Shown here: positions 26,033 through 36,986 of the stretch, piece by piece
Position numbering within the stretch: the stretch's first letter is position 1
Layout: each line of letters begins with the position of its first letter
DNA from: an uncultured cyanobacterium
Lineage (GTDB): Bacteria > Cyanobacteriota > Cyanobacteriia > Cyanobacteriales > CAWCAG01
DNA: 64,000 nucleotides
Assembly: GCA_963803805.1 (NCBI GenBank)
Contig: CAWDOD010000002.1
Span: 288,001 to 352,000, forward strand
Direction: 5' to 3'
The notes under the pieces: generated by a model
The model's database searches: none
What the model was told of the DNA's origin: nothing
Seen by the model: the letters and a program-made list of their open reading frames with translations, nothing else
Made by a program: the position numbers and the translations under genes

Positions 26033-26692
26033 ATGATAGCTACTAGTTTTTTTACCGATAAATTAATCAGCAATTCTCCTATTTTAGCCCGTCCCAGTTG
26101 TCATAAAGCCGCCAAAATCATCGCTAATTGGCAAGTTGCCACAGTCAGTTATGGGCTATTACTTAGTAATGCCAAAGCAAGAGAAGAAAAATATATTTTT
26201 GTGCAACCTAGTATTTTCAGACAGTATACAGATGGAACAGCGAATTTATTAGGTTTAGTTGTTGATGTAGATAATCCCTATAAAACGTGGAATCTTAATA
26301 TTTGGTTTCAAACTAATCAAAGAGAAACTAGCTGTTGCTGGCCAGAAAGAGAACAAAATTTCTCCTACCAAATTAATGAAAAATATCCAGTAGTCTTAAT
26401 TGGGGGAGGACATTATTTAGGAAAAATATTACATCTTTATGAAAATGGTTCTGGTTTAGAGCTTAGTTTAAACAAGAGAAAAAATAGCTCAAAAATATTA
26501 ATAAAAGGAAGTTTTGGTTGTGTTGGGCTAGAGAATAACTGTAGCATTAATATTAAAGTTCATTTAGAAAAAGTTACTCATACTGTCAATAAAAACCATC
26601 TACAAAAACCTTTACAAGTTACTCTTCCTAGGATAAACAATACTAATCTATTGAACTTTGATTCTTGCACTTGCCAGCTTATGAGTGCCTAA
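26033..26692 (+). CDS. Hypothetical protein
   Basis: 219-aa AT-rich ORF, no recognised motif. Confidence 0.45.
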   Translation: MIATSFFTDKLISNSPILARPSCHKAAKIIANWQVATVSYGLLLSNAKAREEKYIFVQPSIFRQYTDGTANLLGLVVDVDNPYKTWNLNIWFQTNQRETSCCWPEREQNFSYQINEKYPVVLIGGGHYLGKILHLYENGSGLELSLNKRKNSSKILIKGSFGCVGLENNCSINIKVHLEKVTHTVNKNHLQKPLQVTLPRINNTNLLNFDSCTCQLMSA

Positions 26693-26850
26693 TATAATTA
26701 TATTCATTAAACATTTTAGCCTCCGGCAACTTCTGTCTTAATCCCCTCGTCAAAGCTAGTTAACTGAAAAATTCTTATACCATTTTTCATAAAACATACG
26801 ACACAGCTAAAGAAAAATGGTATTAACTCTATTTTGGGGACTACAGCTTA

Positions 26851-28233
26851 ATGTTCTATCTCAAACAAAAAATCTTTGGACTTTCCTTCTTCCTTTTCTT
26901 GGTACTTACTTTAATACCTATTAAACCAGCTAGTGCCTGTAAACCAGCCCCAGGTAGCCGCCCTTCTACCCTACTTCAAAAAGCGCAAGAAACTCAGTAT
27001 GTTTTTGAGGGAGTTGTCACTGAGGTAGAGGGTAAGGCAATTGTTATTCAAGTTAACAAATATTTTAAAGGTCAAGGCCCAAAAACCGTTACCTTAACAG
27101 GATTTAATCAAACTTCTTGTGATGACATCCTCTCACAAGGAGAACACCGTCTCTTTTTTGGTGAAGATAATGGCCAAGGAAGTTGGCAAGCTATTTATGA
27201 TGGTGCTTTCGGCTCTACAAAACCTTGGTCAGAACAAATTGAATTTCAATTACAGGAGATAGATTGGCAAGCGGTATCTTCTCCGAATAATTTACCTCAG
27301 TCAGTGGCTGAAGCAGTTAATAATCAAGCTAATCAAGATTTTGGTTTTGGTAATAGTAAGATAGAAATTATCTCCGCTCAAAAGCGTACTTGGTCTAACG
27401 GTTGCTTAGGTATTTTTTTCCCGGATCTTTTTTGTACAGAAGCTTTAGTAGAAGGTTGGTTAGTTGAGGTAACTAGAGGCGATCGCCGTTTAAGATATCG
27501 TACTGATGGGACAGGGAATACAGTTTATTTAGAAAATGGCGCGGAGATTCTACCGAATTCTGTAGAAGAAGCAATTTTTAATCAGGCTTTACCCCTGTTA
27601 CCAGTCAACCTTAATAAAATTAAGCTAACTCAAGCCTTTCCTCGCATTTGGGATGGTTGTTTGGGTATTTATCCTGAAAAAAATACCCCTTGCACCAAAA
27701 TTGCTATTTCCGGTTGGCAAGTTGTGGTTGAAGAAGGAGAGAAACGTTGGGTTTTTCATAGCAATCAAGATGGTTCCCAAATTAAGATTAACCTCGCTGC
27801 GAGCTATCTTGATAACTTAAGCCCAACTCAACCTCAACCCATCTCCTCAAACAACTTACCTCAAGGGGCAATCTTCCGTACCATTTCCTCCGGAGGATTT
27901 GCTGGTACAACTACAGAAGTTACTCTTTATGCCAATGGTCGTATAGTAACCAAAAACCTTACTCCCAATAATAGAACTTTGTTACCTAAAGTTAGTCGGG
28001 TAACTAGAAAACAAGTTCAAGAGTTTCAGCAACTTCTCACTCAGCAAGACTTTTCTAGCTATAATGGTCGCAATTTTCCTCCACCAGAAGGTGCTGCGGA
28101 CTTTTTTGGTATAACTCTTCTTACTCAAGATAGTTCCGTAAGTTATACCGACATTAATACAAATGAGTTACCTGAATCTTTACAAACTGCGATCGCCGCT
28201 TGGCAAGATTTGTTAGCTACAGCCAAGGAATAA
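26851..28233 (+). CDS. Secreted multidomain protein (TIMP/NTR-like N-terminus, two W..GCLG..CT..GW repeats, C-terminal SGGFAG domain)
   Basis: Signal peptide ASA-CKP; repeats WSNGCLG..CTEALVEGW and WDGCLG..CTKIAISGW; ISSGGFAG. Confidence 0.7.
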   Translation: MFYLKQKIFGLSFFLFLVLTLIPIKPASACKPAPGSRPSTLLQKAQETQYVFEGVVTEVEGKAIVIQVNKYFKGQGPKTVTLTGFNQTSCDDILSQGEHRLFFGEDNGQGSWQAIYDGAFGSTKPWSEQIEFQLQEIDWQAVSSPNNLPQSVAEAVNNQANQDFGFGNSKIEIISAQKRTWSNGCLGIFFPDLFCTEALVEGWLVEVTRGDRRLRYRTDGTGNTVYLENGAEILPNSVEEAIFNQALPLLPVNLNKIKLTQAFPRIWDGCLGIYPEKNTPCTKIAISGWQVVVEEGEKRWVFHSNQDGSQIKINLAASYLDNLSPTQPQPISSNNLPQGAIFRTISSGGFAGTTTEVTLYANGRIVTKNLTPNNRTLLPKVSRVTRKQVQEFQQLLTQQDFSSYNGRNFPPPEGAADFFGITLLTQDSSVSYTDINTNELPESLQTAIAAWQDLLATAKE

Positions 28234-28367
28234 GTAATAAGTTGAGAAGTTTAGGTGATAGGCAATCTTAACTTGCTTAACTTGTCAAAATTGCATTACC
28301 TAACAAAGTATCTTAAAAATAACAAAAGCTGTCTTATGATGACGGGGTTTCTGACCTAATTATTTGA

Positions 28368-28772
28368 ATGAAAAAAAGAGTTACTCTCACCTTCCCACAA
28401 AGAACAGTACAGATGCCCGTCACCTATCGCTTGGCTAAAGATTTTAATGTGGCAGCTAATATTATTCGAGCGCAAGTAGCCCCCAACCAAGTAGGAAAAC
28501 TAGTAGTAGAACTATTGGGGGATATAGATGAATTGGATGCTTGTATTGAATGGATGCGAGGACAAAACATCAGCGTCTCTTTAGCTAGCCGAGAAATTTT
28601 AATCGACGAAGACAGTTGTGTAGACTGCGGTTTATGTACCGGAGTTTGTCCTACCCAAGCTCTCACCCTCCATCCTCAAACCTTTGAATTAAATTTTCAG
28701 CGATCGCGTTGTATTGTTTGTGAACAGTGTATTCCTACCTGTCCAGTACAAGCAATTTCTACAAATTTGTAA
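28368..28772 (+). CDS. NIL-domain 2x[4Fe-4S] ferredoxin
   Basis: CVDCGLCTGVCP and CIVCEQCIPTCP; N-terminal NIL domain (ANIIRAQV). Confidence 0.9.
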   Translation: MKKRVTLTFPQRTVQMPVTYRLAKDFNVAANIIRAQVAPNQVGKLVVELLGDIDELDACIEWMRGQNISVSLASREILIDEDSCVDCGLCTGVCPTQALTLHPQTFELNFQRSRCIVCEQCIPTCPVQAISTNL

Positions 28773-28777
28773 CATCG

Positions 28778-29560
28778 CTAATTGCTGTTATTTGGTTGAG
28801 AACCTTCAGTTGCTCCTTCGGGGATATTTTCGGGAACTTCGTTAGGAAATTGCTGATTTTGTCCTGGTTGGATAGGTACATTTAATCCTGGTTCCACAGG
28901 TTGGGTTGGTTGTTGTGGCTGGATTGGCTGCCTTGGTTGAGTTGGAGTATTAGGAGGAAATTCTTGTTGCCCCGGCAACCCTGGAGTCAGAGGAGGAAGA
29001 GAGTTTCCACTCCCATCTGGGAAATTATTACCAGGGGAACCTATTCCAGGTAGGGGGGCAGGTGTTAAATTAGGAGAACTTTCATCTCCTGCACTTATCG
29101 TCGCTAAAGATACGCGATCGCCCCCTTCTGCGCGAAGAATATCTAAAACTCCCATAACAGCGTTATACTGGGTTTCCCTAGAAGCTCGCAGTACAATGGA
29201 GCCATTAGGACTTTTTTTGGTGTAATCTTTGACTGCCTGTTCTAAACGCTTTTTAGTTAGAACAGGAGTTTGATTAAGATAAACTTGCCCCGTATAATCC
29301 AAGCTGACAATTAACATATCTTGCATTTGTGGCGTTCCAGTCTTCGCTTCAGGCAAATCGAGGTTAATTGCCTGTTGGCGAGACAAACCTACTGCCGCCA
29401 AAATAAAGAATGTCAAGATACAAAAAATAACATCGATTAAAGGGACAATCTCGATACGTATATCCTGAGTAGCTGCTGAATCTAACCACAGTTTCAGGGG
29501 TGGTGCTGATAAAGCTGCATCTGAGGATAAAGGTTGTTTTTGAGAAGTTTCTTCAGTCAT
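28778..29560 (-). CDS. exbD: ExbD/TolR biopolymer transporter with Pro/Gln-rich tail
   Basis: IEIVPLIDVIFCILTFFI; likely start MTEE at 29560. Confidence 0.9.
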   Translation of the reverse strand: MTEETSQKQPLSSDAALSAPPLKLWLDSAATQDIRIEIVPLIDVIFCILTFFILAAVGLSRQQAINLDLPEAKTGTPQMQDMLIVSLDYTGQVYLNQTPVLTKKRLEQAVKDYTKKSPNGSIVLRASRETQYNAVMGVLDILRAEGGDRVSLATISAGDESSPNLTPAPLPGIGSPGNNFPDGSGNSLPPLTPGLPGQQEFPPNTPTQPRQPIQPQQPTQPVEPGLNVPIQPGQNQQFPNEVPENIPEGATEGSQPNNSN

Positions 29561-29678
29561 AACACCATTTTTCTTTAATTGTGTTGGAGATACGTTGGGA
29601 AAGAGGGAGTAGAGAAAAAGCAAAAAGCTTACTCGCATTACTTTTGTACTTTTGACTACCTCATCCCCTTACTATCAA

Positions 29679-30413
29679 TCATTCTTCCTCAGCAAATTTA
29701 TCTTCAGAAGGAGGGAGATTAGGAGGTAAATTAAGGTCTTCCCTTATTTCTGGCGGAACTTCCTCTTTTTTGGGTAAGGTTACTCCATACCACTTATGAC
29801 GATAAATAACCTCTAGTTTATTACCCGCCCGACGGAAAAGTCTGACTTGGTTAAACCAGAAGCCTTGAAATAAGCGATAGAAAGCCAAACTAATAATAGC
29901 GACTATTAGTCCGGCGGCTGTGGAAATTAAAGATTCACCAATACCTAAAGTAACTCCTGATGTAGAAGATGTTCCCAAATCACTAATTTGAATGGAACTT
30001 AAGGAGTTGATTAACCCTAATACCGTACCCAACAATCCGAGTAAAGGGGATAAAGCAATTACTGCTTCAAAAATCTTTTCTCCGCGACGCATCACCGCTA
30101 GTTCATTATCTGCGGCAGCTTCAATTGCTAGATGAATAAATTCTGGTTCAGGCTTAGTTAATTGTAAAGGCGCACTTAAGAAACGTCCGATGGGATGATT
30201 TTCATATTCTTCAGCAATTTCTGCGGCCATTTCCCAGTTACGCTCTGCGGCATCTAATATCTTATTGAGGATTTGTCTTTGAGCTATTAATACTCCTCCC
30301 CAAAACCAAATGCGCTCTATGATCGTTCCCAAAGTGAGAATTGATAATAAGAGCAAAACTACTAATATCCAGATGGATATACTACTACTTTCAATAATCT
30401 GTTCAAATGTCAC
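29679..30413 (-). CDS. exbB: MotA/TolQ/ExbB proton channel protein
   Basis: [34 protein letters not shown] start. Confidence 0.9.
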   Translation of the reverse strand: MTFEQIIESSSISIWILVVLLLLSILTLGTIIERIWFWGGVLIAQRQILNKILDAAERNWEMAAEIAEEYENHPIGRFLSAPLQLTKPEPEFIHLAIEAAADNELAVMRRGEKIFEAVIALSPLLGLLGTVLGLINSLSSIQISDLGTSSTSGVTLGIGESLISTAAGLIVAIISLAFYRLFQGFWFNQVRLFRRAGNKLEVIYRHKWYGVTLPKKEEVPPEIREDLNLPPNLPPSEDKFAEEE

Positions 30414-30586
30414 TTTCTTTTCCCTCCGTTTCCTCACCCACACCAAAAATGGTTTTGATTATTTAGGTCATTAACAATTCTAAGGTCGGAAGTAGTAACT
30501 ATGAAGCTAAAAAACAGGATTGGGTTTCTTAATCTTCCTATTTAAGTAGAAGTCGGCAAAAAAGCGATCGCCCAACAACCACCCAA

Positions 30587-31063
30587 TTACTTAATCTGCC
30601 AATAATAAAGAGTTACTTCTTCTTCTTTGGTTTCTAAAGAAATAGTTTGGCAAGGTTCCCAGTCCCCTAGATCAAAATCGCGGGATATTATTTGCGTACC
30701 AGGTTGGAGTTGTTGCCAAAGTTGCGATCGCAAGCGCAGATTTAGATGGGGTAGCAGATAAATTATTACTACCGTAGCCTCCCGGAAGTTGCTAGTAAAT
30801 AAGTCTTGTAAACGAAACTCGACCAAGGAAGTAATGCCAGCTTGTTCAGCATTGTCTTGTCCCTTTTGAATCCTTTGAGGGTCAATATCAATACCAACAC
30901 TTTTAATACCATACTTTTGGGCTGCTGTAATCACAATACGCCCATCTCCGCTACCAAGGTCATAGAGAATATCTTGGGAGCCTAATTTTGCTAAACTAAG
31001 CATAGATTCAACGATTTGTGGCGAAGTGGGAATATAGCCAATATCTGGCTTTCTTAAGTTCAT
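30587..31063 (-). CDS. Class I SAM-dependent methyltransferase
   Basis: YIPT, YDLGSGDGRI, GIDIDP. Confidence 0.9.
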   Translation of the reverse strand: MNLRKPDIGYIPTSPQIVESMLSLAKLGSQDILYDLGSGDGRIVITAAQKYGIKSVGIDIDPQRIQKGQDNAEQAGITSLVEFRLQDLFTSNFREATVVIIYLLPHLNLRLRSQLWQQLQPGTQIISRDFDLGDWEPCQTISLETKEEEVTLYYWQIK

Positions 31064-31082
31064 ATTTAACGGTTGTGGTGAA

Positions 31083-31304
31083 ATGAAACCAATTAAAGAA
31101 ATTGATATTCTAGGGCAAGAACGTCCTCTTCCTTCTCCACTCCAGAGAAAATTACTTTATCGACAACAATTAGAGCAGGAAAAACGGCAAGGCTATGAAA
31201 GACTAACGGAATTATGCCGTTTAGGAGAATATGATGCAGCACGCCACTTAGCTAGACGCAACCCTCAATGGGGTTATCAAATACTAGAAGGACAGGTATG
31301 TTAG
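31083..31304 (+). CDS. Small hypothetical protein
   Basis: 73-aa ORF filling an intergenic gap; LCRLGEYDAA..LA..NP.WGY. Confidence 0.6.
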   Translation: MKPIKEIDILGQERPLPSPLQRKLLYRQQLEQEKRQGYERLTELCRLGEYDAARHLARRNPQWGYQILEGQVC

Positions 31305-31315
31305 TTGCCTTTAAC

Positions 31316-32203
31316 TTACGAATAGCTTACTACCATCTCAACTACCGTTTCGCAACTTTTTCCTGGCTCAAGATTAATTAAATGTTCCCCTGTATTGAGG
31401 GCATTGCGTAAAGCTGTCCAAGGTTCTAAACAAGTATATTGTTTCCCTTTGACTGTCCAAAAAACCAAAGCGCTGTAAAGGTCAGAATAATTTAAGGTGA
31501 CTTTCCAATTACTACGATTATTTTTAATTGAACCAGTATTTTTGCTCACAGGACTAAAAGCAATGTCGATTTCTTCTTGCTCAAAATTTAAGTTGCCGGT
31601 AAAGGGATGAATTTCTTTTGTATTTTGATCTTGGTATTGATTAGCTGGAATTTCTAGCACTAAATCTTTTTTGTTCGAGGTGAAGAAATAAGGATGCAGC
31701 CCACTTGAAAAAGGCATAATTTCCTCTGATTTGTTGGTGTAGCGCTGTTTGATTACTAGCTTATTACCTTGAATTTGGTAGGTAAAGGCTAGCTCAAAAT
31801 CAAAGGGATAAACTTGATGGGTTTCCTCGTTACTTTCTAAAACTAAGGTAATGGCAGCAAAATCTTCTGTAAGTTGTTCTTGAACTTCCCAAGGCAGGTT
31901 TCGGGCAAAACCATGTTGCTTGAGGATATACTGCTGATTTTGATAAATATAAATATCATCAGGAAGATTGCCGCAAATGGGAAATAAGATCGGGATTCCT
32001 CCCCGTACACTCAACTCCCGATTGGCAAAGCGCTCTTGATCCATATACAGGATATCTTGACCCTGTATGCGCCAACTAGTTACCATTCCTCCCCTTTCTG
32101 GTACTACCTCAAGACGAGATTGAGCTTCTCTGTCCCAAAGGATATAAGTTGGGTAACTCTCTTGCTTAATTGCAATCTCGAATATTTTGTCTTTGTTATC
32201 CAC
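31316..32203 (-). CDS. Aldose 1-epimerase family protein
   Basis: RGGIPILFP, QHGFAR, GLHPYF, CLEPW. Confidence 0.9.
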   Translation of the reverse strand: MDNKDKIFEIAIKQESYPTYILWDREAQSRLEVVPERGGMVTSWRIQGQDILYMDQERFANRELSVRGGIPILFPICGNLPDDIYIYQNQQYILKQHGFARNLPWEVQEQLTEDFAAITLVLESNEETHQVYPFDFELAFTYQIQGNKLVIKQRYTNKSEEIMPFSSGLHPYFFTSNKKDLVLEIPANQYQDQNTKEIHPFTGNLNFEQEEIDIAFSPVSKNTGSIKNNRSNWKVTLNYSDLYSALVFWTVKGKQYTCLEPWTALRNALNTGEHLINLEPGKSCETVVEMVVSYS

Positions 32204-32502
32204 TTTTTGCAGTTCCTCATTATTGAGCAGAACCCAATAGCAATGATTGATTATCGCTCAATAATCTTACAACTTTGAGTGCCTTTAGCTACCTTAAATT
32301 AATTTGCGAATTTCAAATTGCTAGAGATAGGGATTTCTTAAGACAATCTTTAAAACTGCCCTAGTAGTCACGATGTTTAAGGCTTAGATAAACCAATGTG
32401 ATTTACATCACAGCTTTTCACTGCTGAAATCAATACTTTGAATCAGGATATATTAGATAATTCCTAGTAGCCAAGGCTATAGTCAAATTCGCCATCAGAA
32501 CA

Positions 32503-32718
32503 ATGATTAAGTCATTAGTTAATTCAGCTTTCCAGACAGGCTGCTTGAGCGTGGCTTCTGAAAGCTTAATACGCCAACTCCAGTCTATAAAAGGTTTTGA
32601 ACTGTCAGAGTTAGAAGTTATTTCTAATCTTGAACAAGCTTTGAGTACCGGTCAAGTTGAAAGAGAAGCCAAAAGAGATAATAACGAAATTATCTCCTAT
32701 AGTATGTCAAAGCAATAA
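32503..32718 (+). CDS. Small cyanobacterial hypothetical protein
   Basis: MIKSLVNSAFQTGCLSVASE..IRQL pattern. Confidence 0.6.
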   Translation: MIKSLVNSAFQTGCLSVASESLIRQLQSIKGFELSELEVISNLEQALSTGQVEREAKRDNNEIISYSMSKQ

Positions 32719-32848
32719 TACTTGCTTACAAAAATCTACAAAGTATCATAAAAGTACATATAGCAATCTCGCTCTGGTAAAGAAAAAATCTTCTCGGTTG
32801 GGGGAAAGGGCAAAGGGGAAAAACAAGTATCTCATGTTTTGTTTTTCT

Positions 32849-33574
32849 CTAAAACATAGGTAAGACTTGGCTTAAGAAAAAGGCCAAGCCCGCACTACCT
32901 AAAGGCACAGTTAAATTGTCAATTCCTAGTTGAGAAAAAGCTTCCAAGGCAGTGGCGAAAATAGCTACACTTAAAGAAATAAACCAAGTTTGCCATAGAT
33001 TGCCTTGAACATTCCACAAAACCAGAAATACCACTAAATAACTCGCCACAGCCATAGTTAAAGAACCTTCCCAACTTTTAGTAATATCCCCAATTTGATA
33101 ACGATGTTGTCCAAACCGACGACCAATAATTGCGGCTAAACCATCTCCCCAAGCCATTACCAAAACACCAATGACAGCATAATAAGGTCGATGAATAGAC
33201 CAAAACCAAGCGACTAAAACGCCGATACTAACGGCATAGAAAAAAGTTCCTAAGCTTTTACGTCCCACGCTATTAATGCTTGGTAAAATGGGAACATAAT
33301 AAGAAACTAAAGCAATTAAACTGGCGATTCCAGAAGCAGTTATACCAACCACAGCAGGAATATCAAACAACCAAGCAAACAGAATTACGTTACCAGTACT
33401 GATATGAACTATCTTCCTAGTTAGTTCAGCATCAGCTTTGGTAGAACGATTCAGCCCTTCGGTAAATAAAACAATCGTCCCCAAATAGAAAAAAACCAAA
33501 CAAAGGGGCAACCATGCTGGTTGTAGAGAATCGAACCAAGGCAGAGAGTAAGCTATTAAATAATCAAGTGGCAT
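32849..33574 (-). CDS. Phytol/dolichol (polyprenol) kinase-family membrane protein
   Basis: [29 protein letters not shown]. Confidence 0.9.
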   Translation of the reverse strand: MPLDYLIAYSLPWFDSLQPAWLPLCLVFFYLGTIVLFTEGLNRSTKADAELTRKIVHISTGNVILFAWLFDIPAVVGITASGIASLIALVSYYVPILPSINSVGRKSLGTFFYAVSIGVLVAWFWSIHRPYYAVIGVLVMAWGDGLAAIIGRRFGQHRYQIGDITKSWEGSLTMAVASYLVVFLVLWNVQGNLWQTWFISLSVAIFATALEAFSQLGIDNLTVPLGSAGLAFFLSQVLPMF

Positions 33575-33580
33575 TCTTTG

Positions 33581-33814
33581 ATGAAAAAGTTATTAATCTG
33601 GCTCATTAAAGGTTATCGTACCTTCATTTCTCCGGTTATACCCCCAACTTGCCGTTTTCAGCCTAGTTGTTCCCAATACGGGTTAGAAGCAATTCAACGT
33701 TTTGGCCCTTGCCATGGAGGGTATTTAACCATTAAACGTATCCTCCGGTGTCATCCCTTTAACCCAGGGGGTTATGATCCTGTACCTGATAAATCTTATC
33801 AAGAAAGAACATGA
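33581..33814 (+). CDS. yidD: Membrane protein insertion efficiency factor
   Basis: [26 protein letters not shown]. Confidence 0.95.
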   Translation: MKKLLIWLIKGYRTFISPVIPPTCRFQPSCSQYGLEAIQRFGPCHGGYLTIKRILRCHPFNPGGYDPVPDKSYQERT

Positions 33815-34523
33815 AGCCGTACTCCAAAATCCCTGTCAAAGAATGTTACGAACCTTTAGTCGTTATACCTTTAACAGAATTTGCGGTTGAATCTCCTCAT
33901 CCCTATGAAAAACTAGCGGCCCCTATGGAGTGGGATCGCCTTATTATCTTCGCCAAGGGGTATTAGAAGCTTTAATTTCGGCACAACGAGAGTTACAGCA
34001 GTTACTTCCCGAAGGCAAAATCAAGATTTTTGATGCTTATCGCCCTGTGGAAGTACAACAATTTATGGTGGATTATACTTTTGCTCAAGTAATAAAAGAG
34101 AGAGACTTAAAGGTAGAAACATTGTCTACTCACCAACAGCAGGAAATTTGGCAGGAAGTATATCAAATCTGGGCTATTCCTAGCTACAACTTAGCAACAC
34201 CACCACCCCATAGTACTGGGGCAGCGATTGATATTACTTTGGTTGATTGTAATGGTGAAGAACTAAACATGGGTTCAGAAATTGATGAACTTTCTGTGCG
34301 ATCGCAGGCTGATTATTATGCAAACAGCAATAATATAAAAGAACAGCAATACCATAAACATCGAGAATTATTGCATCAAAGTATGAGCAAAGCTGGATTT
34401 AAACGCCACCGAGATGAATGGTGGCACTTTTCCCTTGGGGATCAAATGTGGGCTTGGTTGTGCCAGCAAGAAAATCCTGGCGGCTCTTTTTTGGCAAAGT
34501 ATGGGAGAATGTCGGAGGGCTAG
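33811..34523 (+). CDS. D-alanyl-D-alanine dipeptidase (M15D, DdpX/VanX-like) with an apparent 1-nt frameshift near 33920
   Basis: ATGA overlap with yidD; MKPYSKIP...HPYEKL in one frame, [28 protein letters not shown] in another. Confidence 0.85.
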
Positions 34524-34582
34524 AGGTTCAAACCTTTTGGATTTCCAAACTTCCCCCTAATCACCAATTCTTACTTGCACCT

Positions 34583-34963
34583 ATGCGCGTTTATGTTCTT
34601 TTGTTCAATGCCCGTACAGAAAACGAAGGCATTCATAGTATTCAAATTGGCGGACGCAACCAAGTGTTGATGTTTGAGTCGGAAGACGATGCTACTCGTT
34701 TTGCTTTAATGTTGGAGGCACAAGATTTTCCTTTACCCACAGTTGAAGAGATTGATTCTGAGGAGGTAGAAAGTATTTGTCGTGATGCTGATTATGGTTA
34801 TAAGTTAGTAGAACAGGGAACCTTAGAACTGCCCCCAGAAAACAATTTAGAAGCGACAGATTGGAATGCTGAAGGTAAGGAAAAGCCCGAACAAAAAGAA
34901 ACCTCCCAACCAGAAATATCTGACCTTGATCGTATTCGCCAACAGCTTGAAGGATTACTGTAA
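34583..34963 (+). CDS. DUF3110 protein
   Basis: MRVYVLLFNARTENEGIH, FESEDDATRFALMLEAQDF. Confidence 0.85.
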   Translation: MRVYVLLFNARTENEGIHSIQIGGRNQVLMFESEDDATRFALMLEAQDFPLPTVEEIDSEEVESICRDADYGYKLVEQGTLELPPENNLEATDWNAEGKEKPEQKETSQPEISDLDRIRQQLEGLL

Positions 34964-35023
34964 TAGCTACAAAAATGTACCGTTTGAGATGGCAAATATA
35001 ATTGTTTTGGAAATTCCTCTTAC

Positions 35024-36838
35024 TTACTCAAAATCTTCCTCTTGCCGACTACGATAATTAAAAATCAAATTAGCCAAAGAATCACCTTGAAGGGGTTGAG
35101 AAAACAAATATCCTTGCCCATACTCACAGCCTAAAATTTGTAATGGTAATTTTTGTTCAGGAGTTTCTATACCTTCTGCAATTACCTTCAAGCCTAAACT
35201 ATGAGCAAAATCAATAATTGCCCTAACCAACTCTCGATTTTTTTGACCTTTTTCCATTTGGTAAACAAAAGAACGGTCTATTTTAAGAATATCAATAGGG
35301 AAAGTTTGTAATCTACTCAAAGAAGAATAACCTGTACCAAAATCATCAATAGATACTTGCACTCCCAGCTTTTTAATCTGACGCAACTTCGCTACAACAG
35401 AGTCAACATTAGCCACAATAGCGCTTTCTGTAACCTCGATCCGAAAATTCCGACCGGCCAAACCTTCCTCTTGTAAAATAGTTTCCACTTGCTCAACAAA
35501 ATCAGCTTGGACAAACTGCTTACCCGCCACGTTCACACTCACTGTTGCCTCTTCATCCAAGCAACCTTTCTCTAGCCACTGCTGCATTTGCCTTGCTGCT
35601 TCTCTCATTACCCAAGCGCCCAGGGGTAAAATTAAACCAGTTTCTTCAGCAATAGGAATAAATTGTTTGGGAGAAATCCAATTTTGGTTAGAGTGTTGCC
35701 ACCGAGTTAAGGCTTCAAATCCAGCAATCTTACCTGTTTTTAAAGTAATAATCGGTTGATAGCATAAACTCAACTTCGAGCGCTCTATAGCTTGTCTCAG
35801 GTTGGTTTCTAGTTTAAGACGATTGAGAATATTAAGGTACATCTTGCTATCAAAAATCGCATAACCAGCTTTACCTTTATTCTTGGCGCGATACATAGCA
35901 ATATCTGCATCCCTAAGCAAATCAGAGACATTTTCATATAATTTTCCTGTTGCTTGATTAGGACAAAAAGCAATGCCAATACTAGCACTAACAAAAAACT
36001 CTTGATCTTTTAATTGAAAGGGTCGTTTAAACTGTTTTTGAATCTTTTGGACAACGGCGATACTATCTTCAACACTAGCAATATTTTCCACAAGAATCGC
36101 AAATTCATCTCCTCCCAAACGAGCAAGGGTATCTTGGGACTTAATACAAGCTTGTAGTTGCTGACTAATGTTACGTAAAAGCTGATCTCCGGCCAAATGC
36201 CCTAAACTATCATTAACTATTTTAAAATGGTCTAGATCAATAAATAAAACTGCAAACAATTTACCCTGGCGATCACGATTATCTTCTAAAACTGTTTGCA
36301 GCTTGTGCATGAAAAGAACGCGATTGGGTAAATTCGTTAAAGGATCATATAAAGCGCGGCGAATTATTTGCTCTTCTGCTAGTTTACGGTTGAGAATTTG
36401 TTGTTGAAGTAGTTCATTTTGCTCCCTAAGTTGTCTTTGCAGTTTCTGAATACTAAGTTGGTTTTTGACACGGGCTAAAACTTCTGCGGCCTGAAAAGGT
36501 TTAGTAATATAATCTACCCCCCCAACATCAAAGGCTTTCACTTTATCATTGACATCATCTAAAGCACTAATAAAAATTATTGGTACATGGCTCATTTTTT
36601 CGTCAGCTTTGAGTTTTTCACAGACCTCATAGCCATTCATTTCTGGCATTTTGATATCCAGCAAAATCAGATCAGGAGGCTCTGCTTGAACCGAAATTAA
36701 TGCCATGCGACCATTCAATGCCTTGCGAACTTCATAACCCTGTCCTACGAGCATGGTAGATAAAAGGCGCAAATTGTTCGGCGTATCATCGACGATCAGT
36801 ATATTTTCCTTATCAGTGTTAGCGGGATTACTCTTCAT
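35024..36838 (-). CDS. REC-GGDEF-EAL c-di-GMP response regulator
   Basis: REC domain, RLGGDEF, FEAL, IDDFGTGYSSL, AEGIE. Confidence 0.93.
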   Translation of the reverse strand: MKSNPANTDKENILIVDDTPNNLRLLSTMLVGQGYEVRKALNGRMALISVQAEPPDLILLDIKMPEMNGYEVCEKLKADEKMSHVPIIFISALDDVNDKVKAFDVGGVDYITKPFQAAEVLARVKNQLSIQKLQRQLREQNELLQQQILNRKLAEEQIIRRALYDPLTNLPNRVLFMHKLQTVLEDNRDRQGKLFAVLFIDLDHFKIVNDSLGHLAGDQLLRNISQQLQACIKSQDTLARLGGDEFAILVENIASVEDSIAVVQKIQKQFKRPFQLKDQEFFVSASIGIAFCPNQATGKLYENVSDLLRDADIAMYRAKNKGKAGYAIFDSKMYLNILNRLKLETNLRQAIERSKLSLCYQPIITLKTGKIAGFEALTRWQHSNQNWISPKQFIPIAEETGLILPLGAWVMREAARQMQQWLEKGCLDEEATVSVNVAGKQFVQADFVEQVETILQEEGLAGRNFRIEVTESAIVANVDSVVAKLRQIKKLGVQVSIDDFGTGYSSLSRLQTFPIDILKIDRSFVYQMEKGQKNRELVRAIIDFAHSLGLKVIAEGIETPEQKLPLQILGCEYGQGYLFSQPLQGDSLANLIFNYRSRQEEDFE

Positions 36839-36986
36839 TCGGTTATGTAATCGGAAAGTAGATGAAAGAGAGTTATGTTGCTCGCTCTGCCTAGGTTAAG
36901 TGGCCAAGACATAATTGTAAACAAGTAGATAACCCTCCTTCTTAATACCTAGATAGCAAGAACAGAACAGGAGTTTTCAAAAATTA

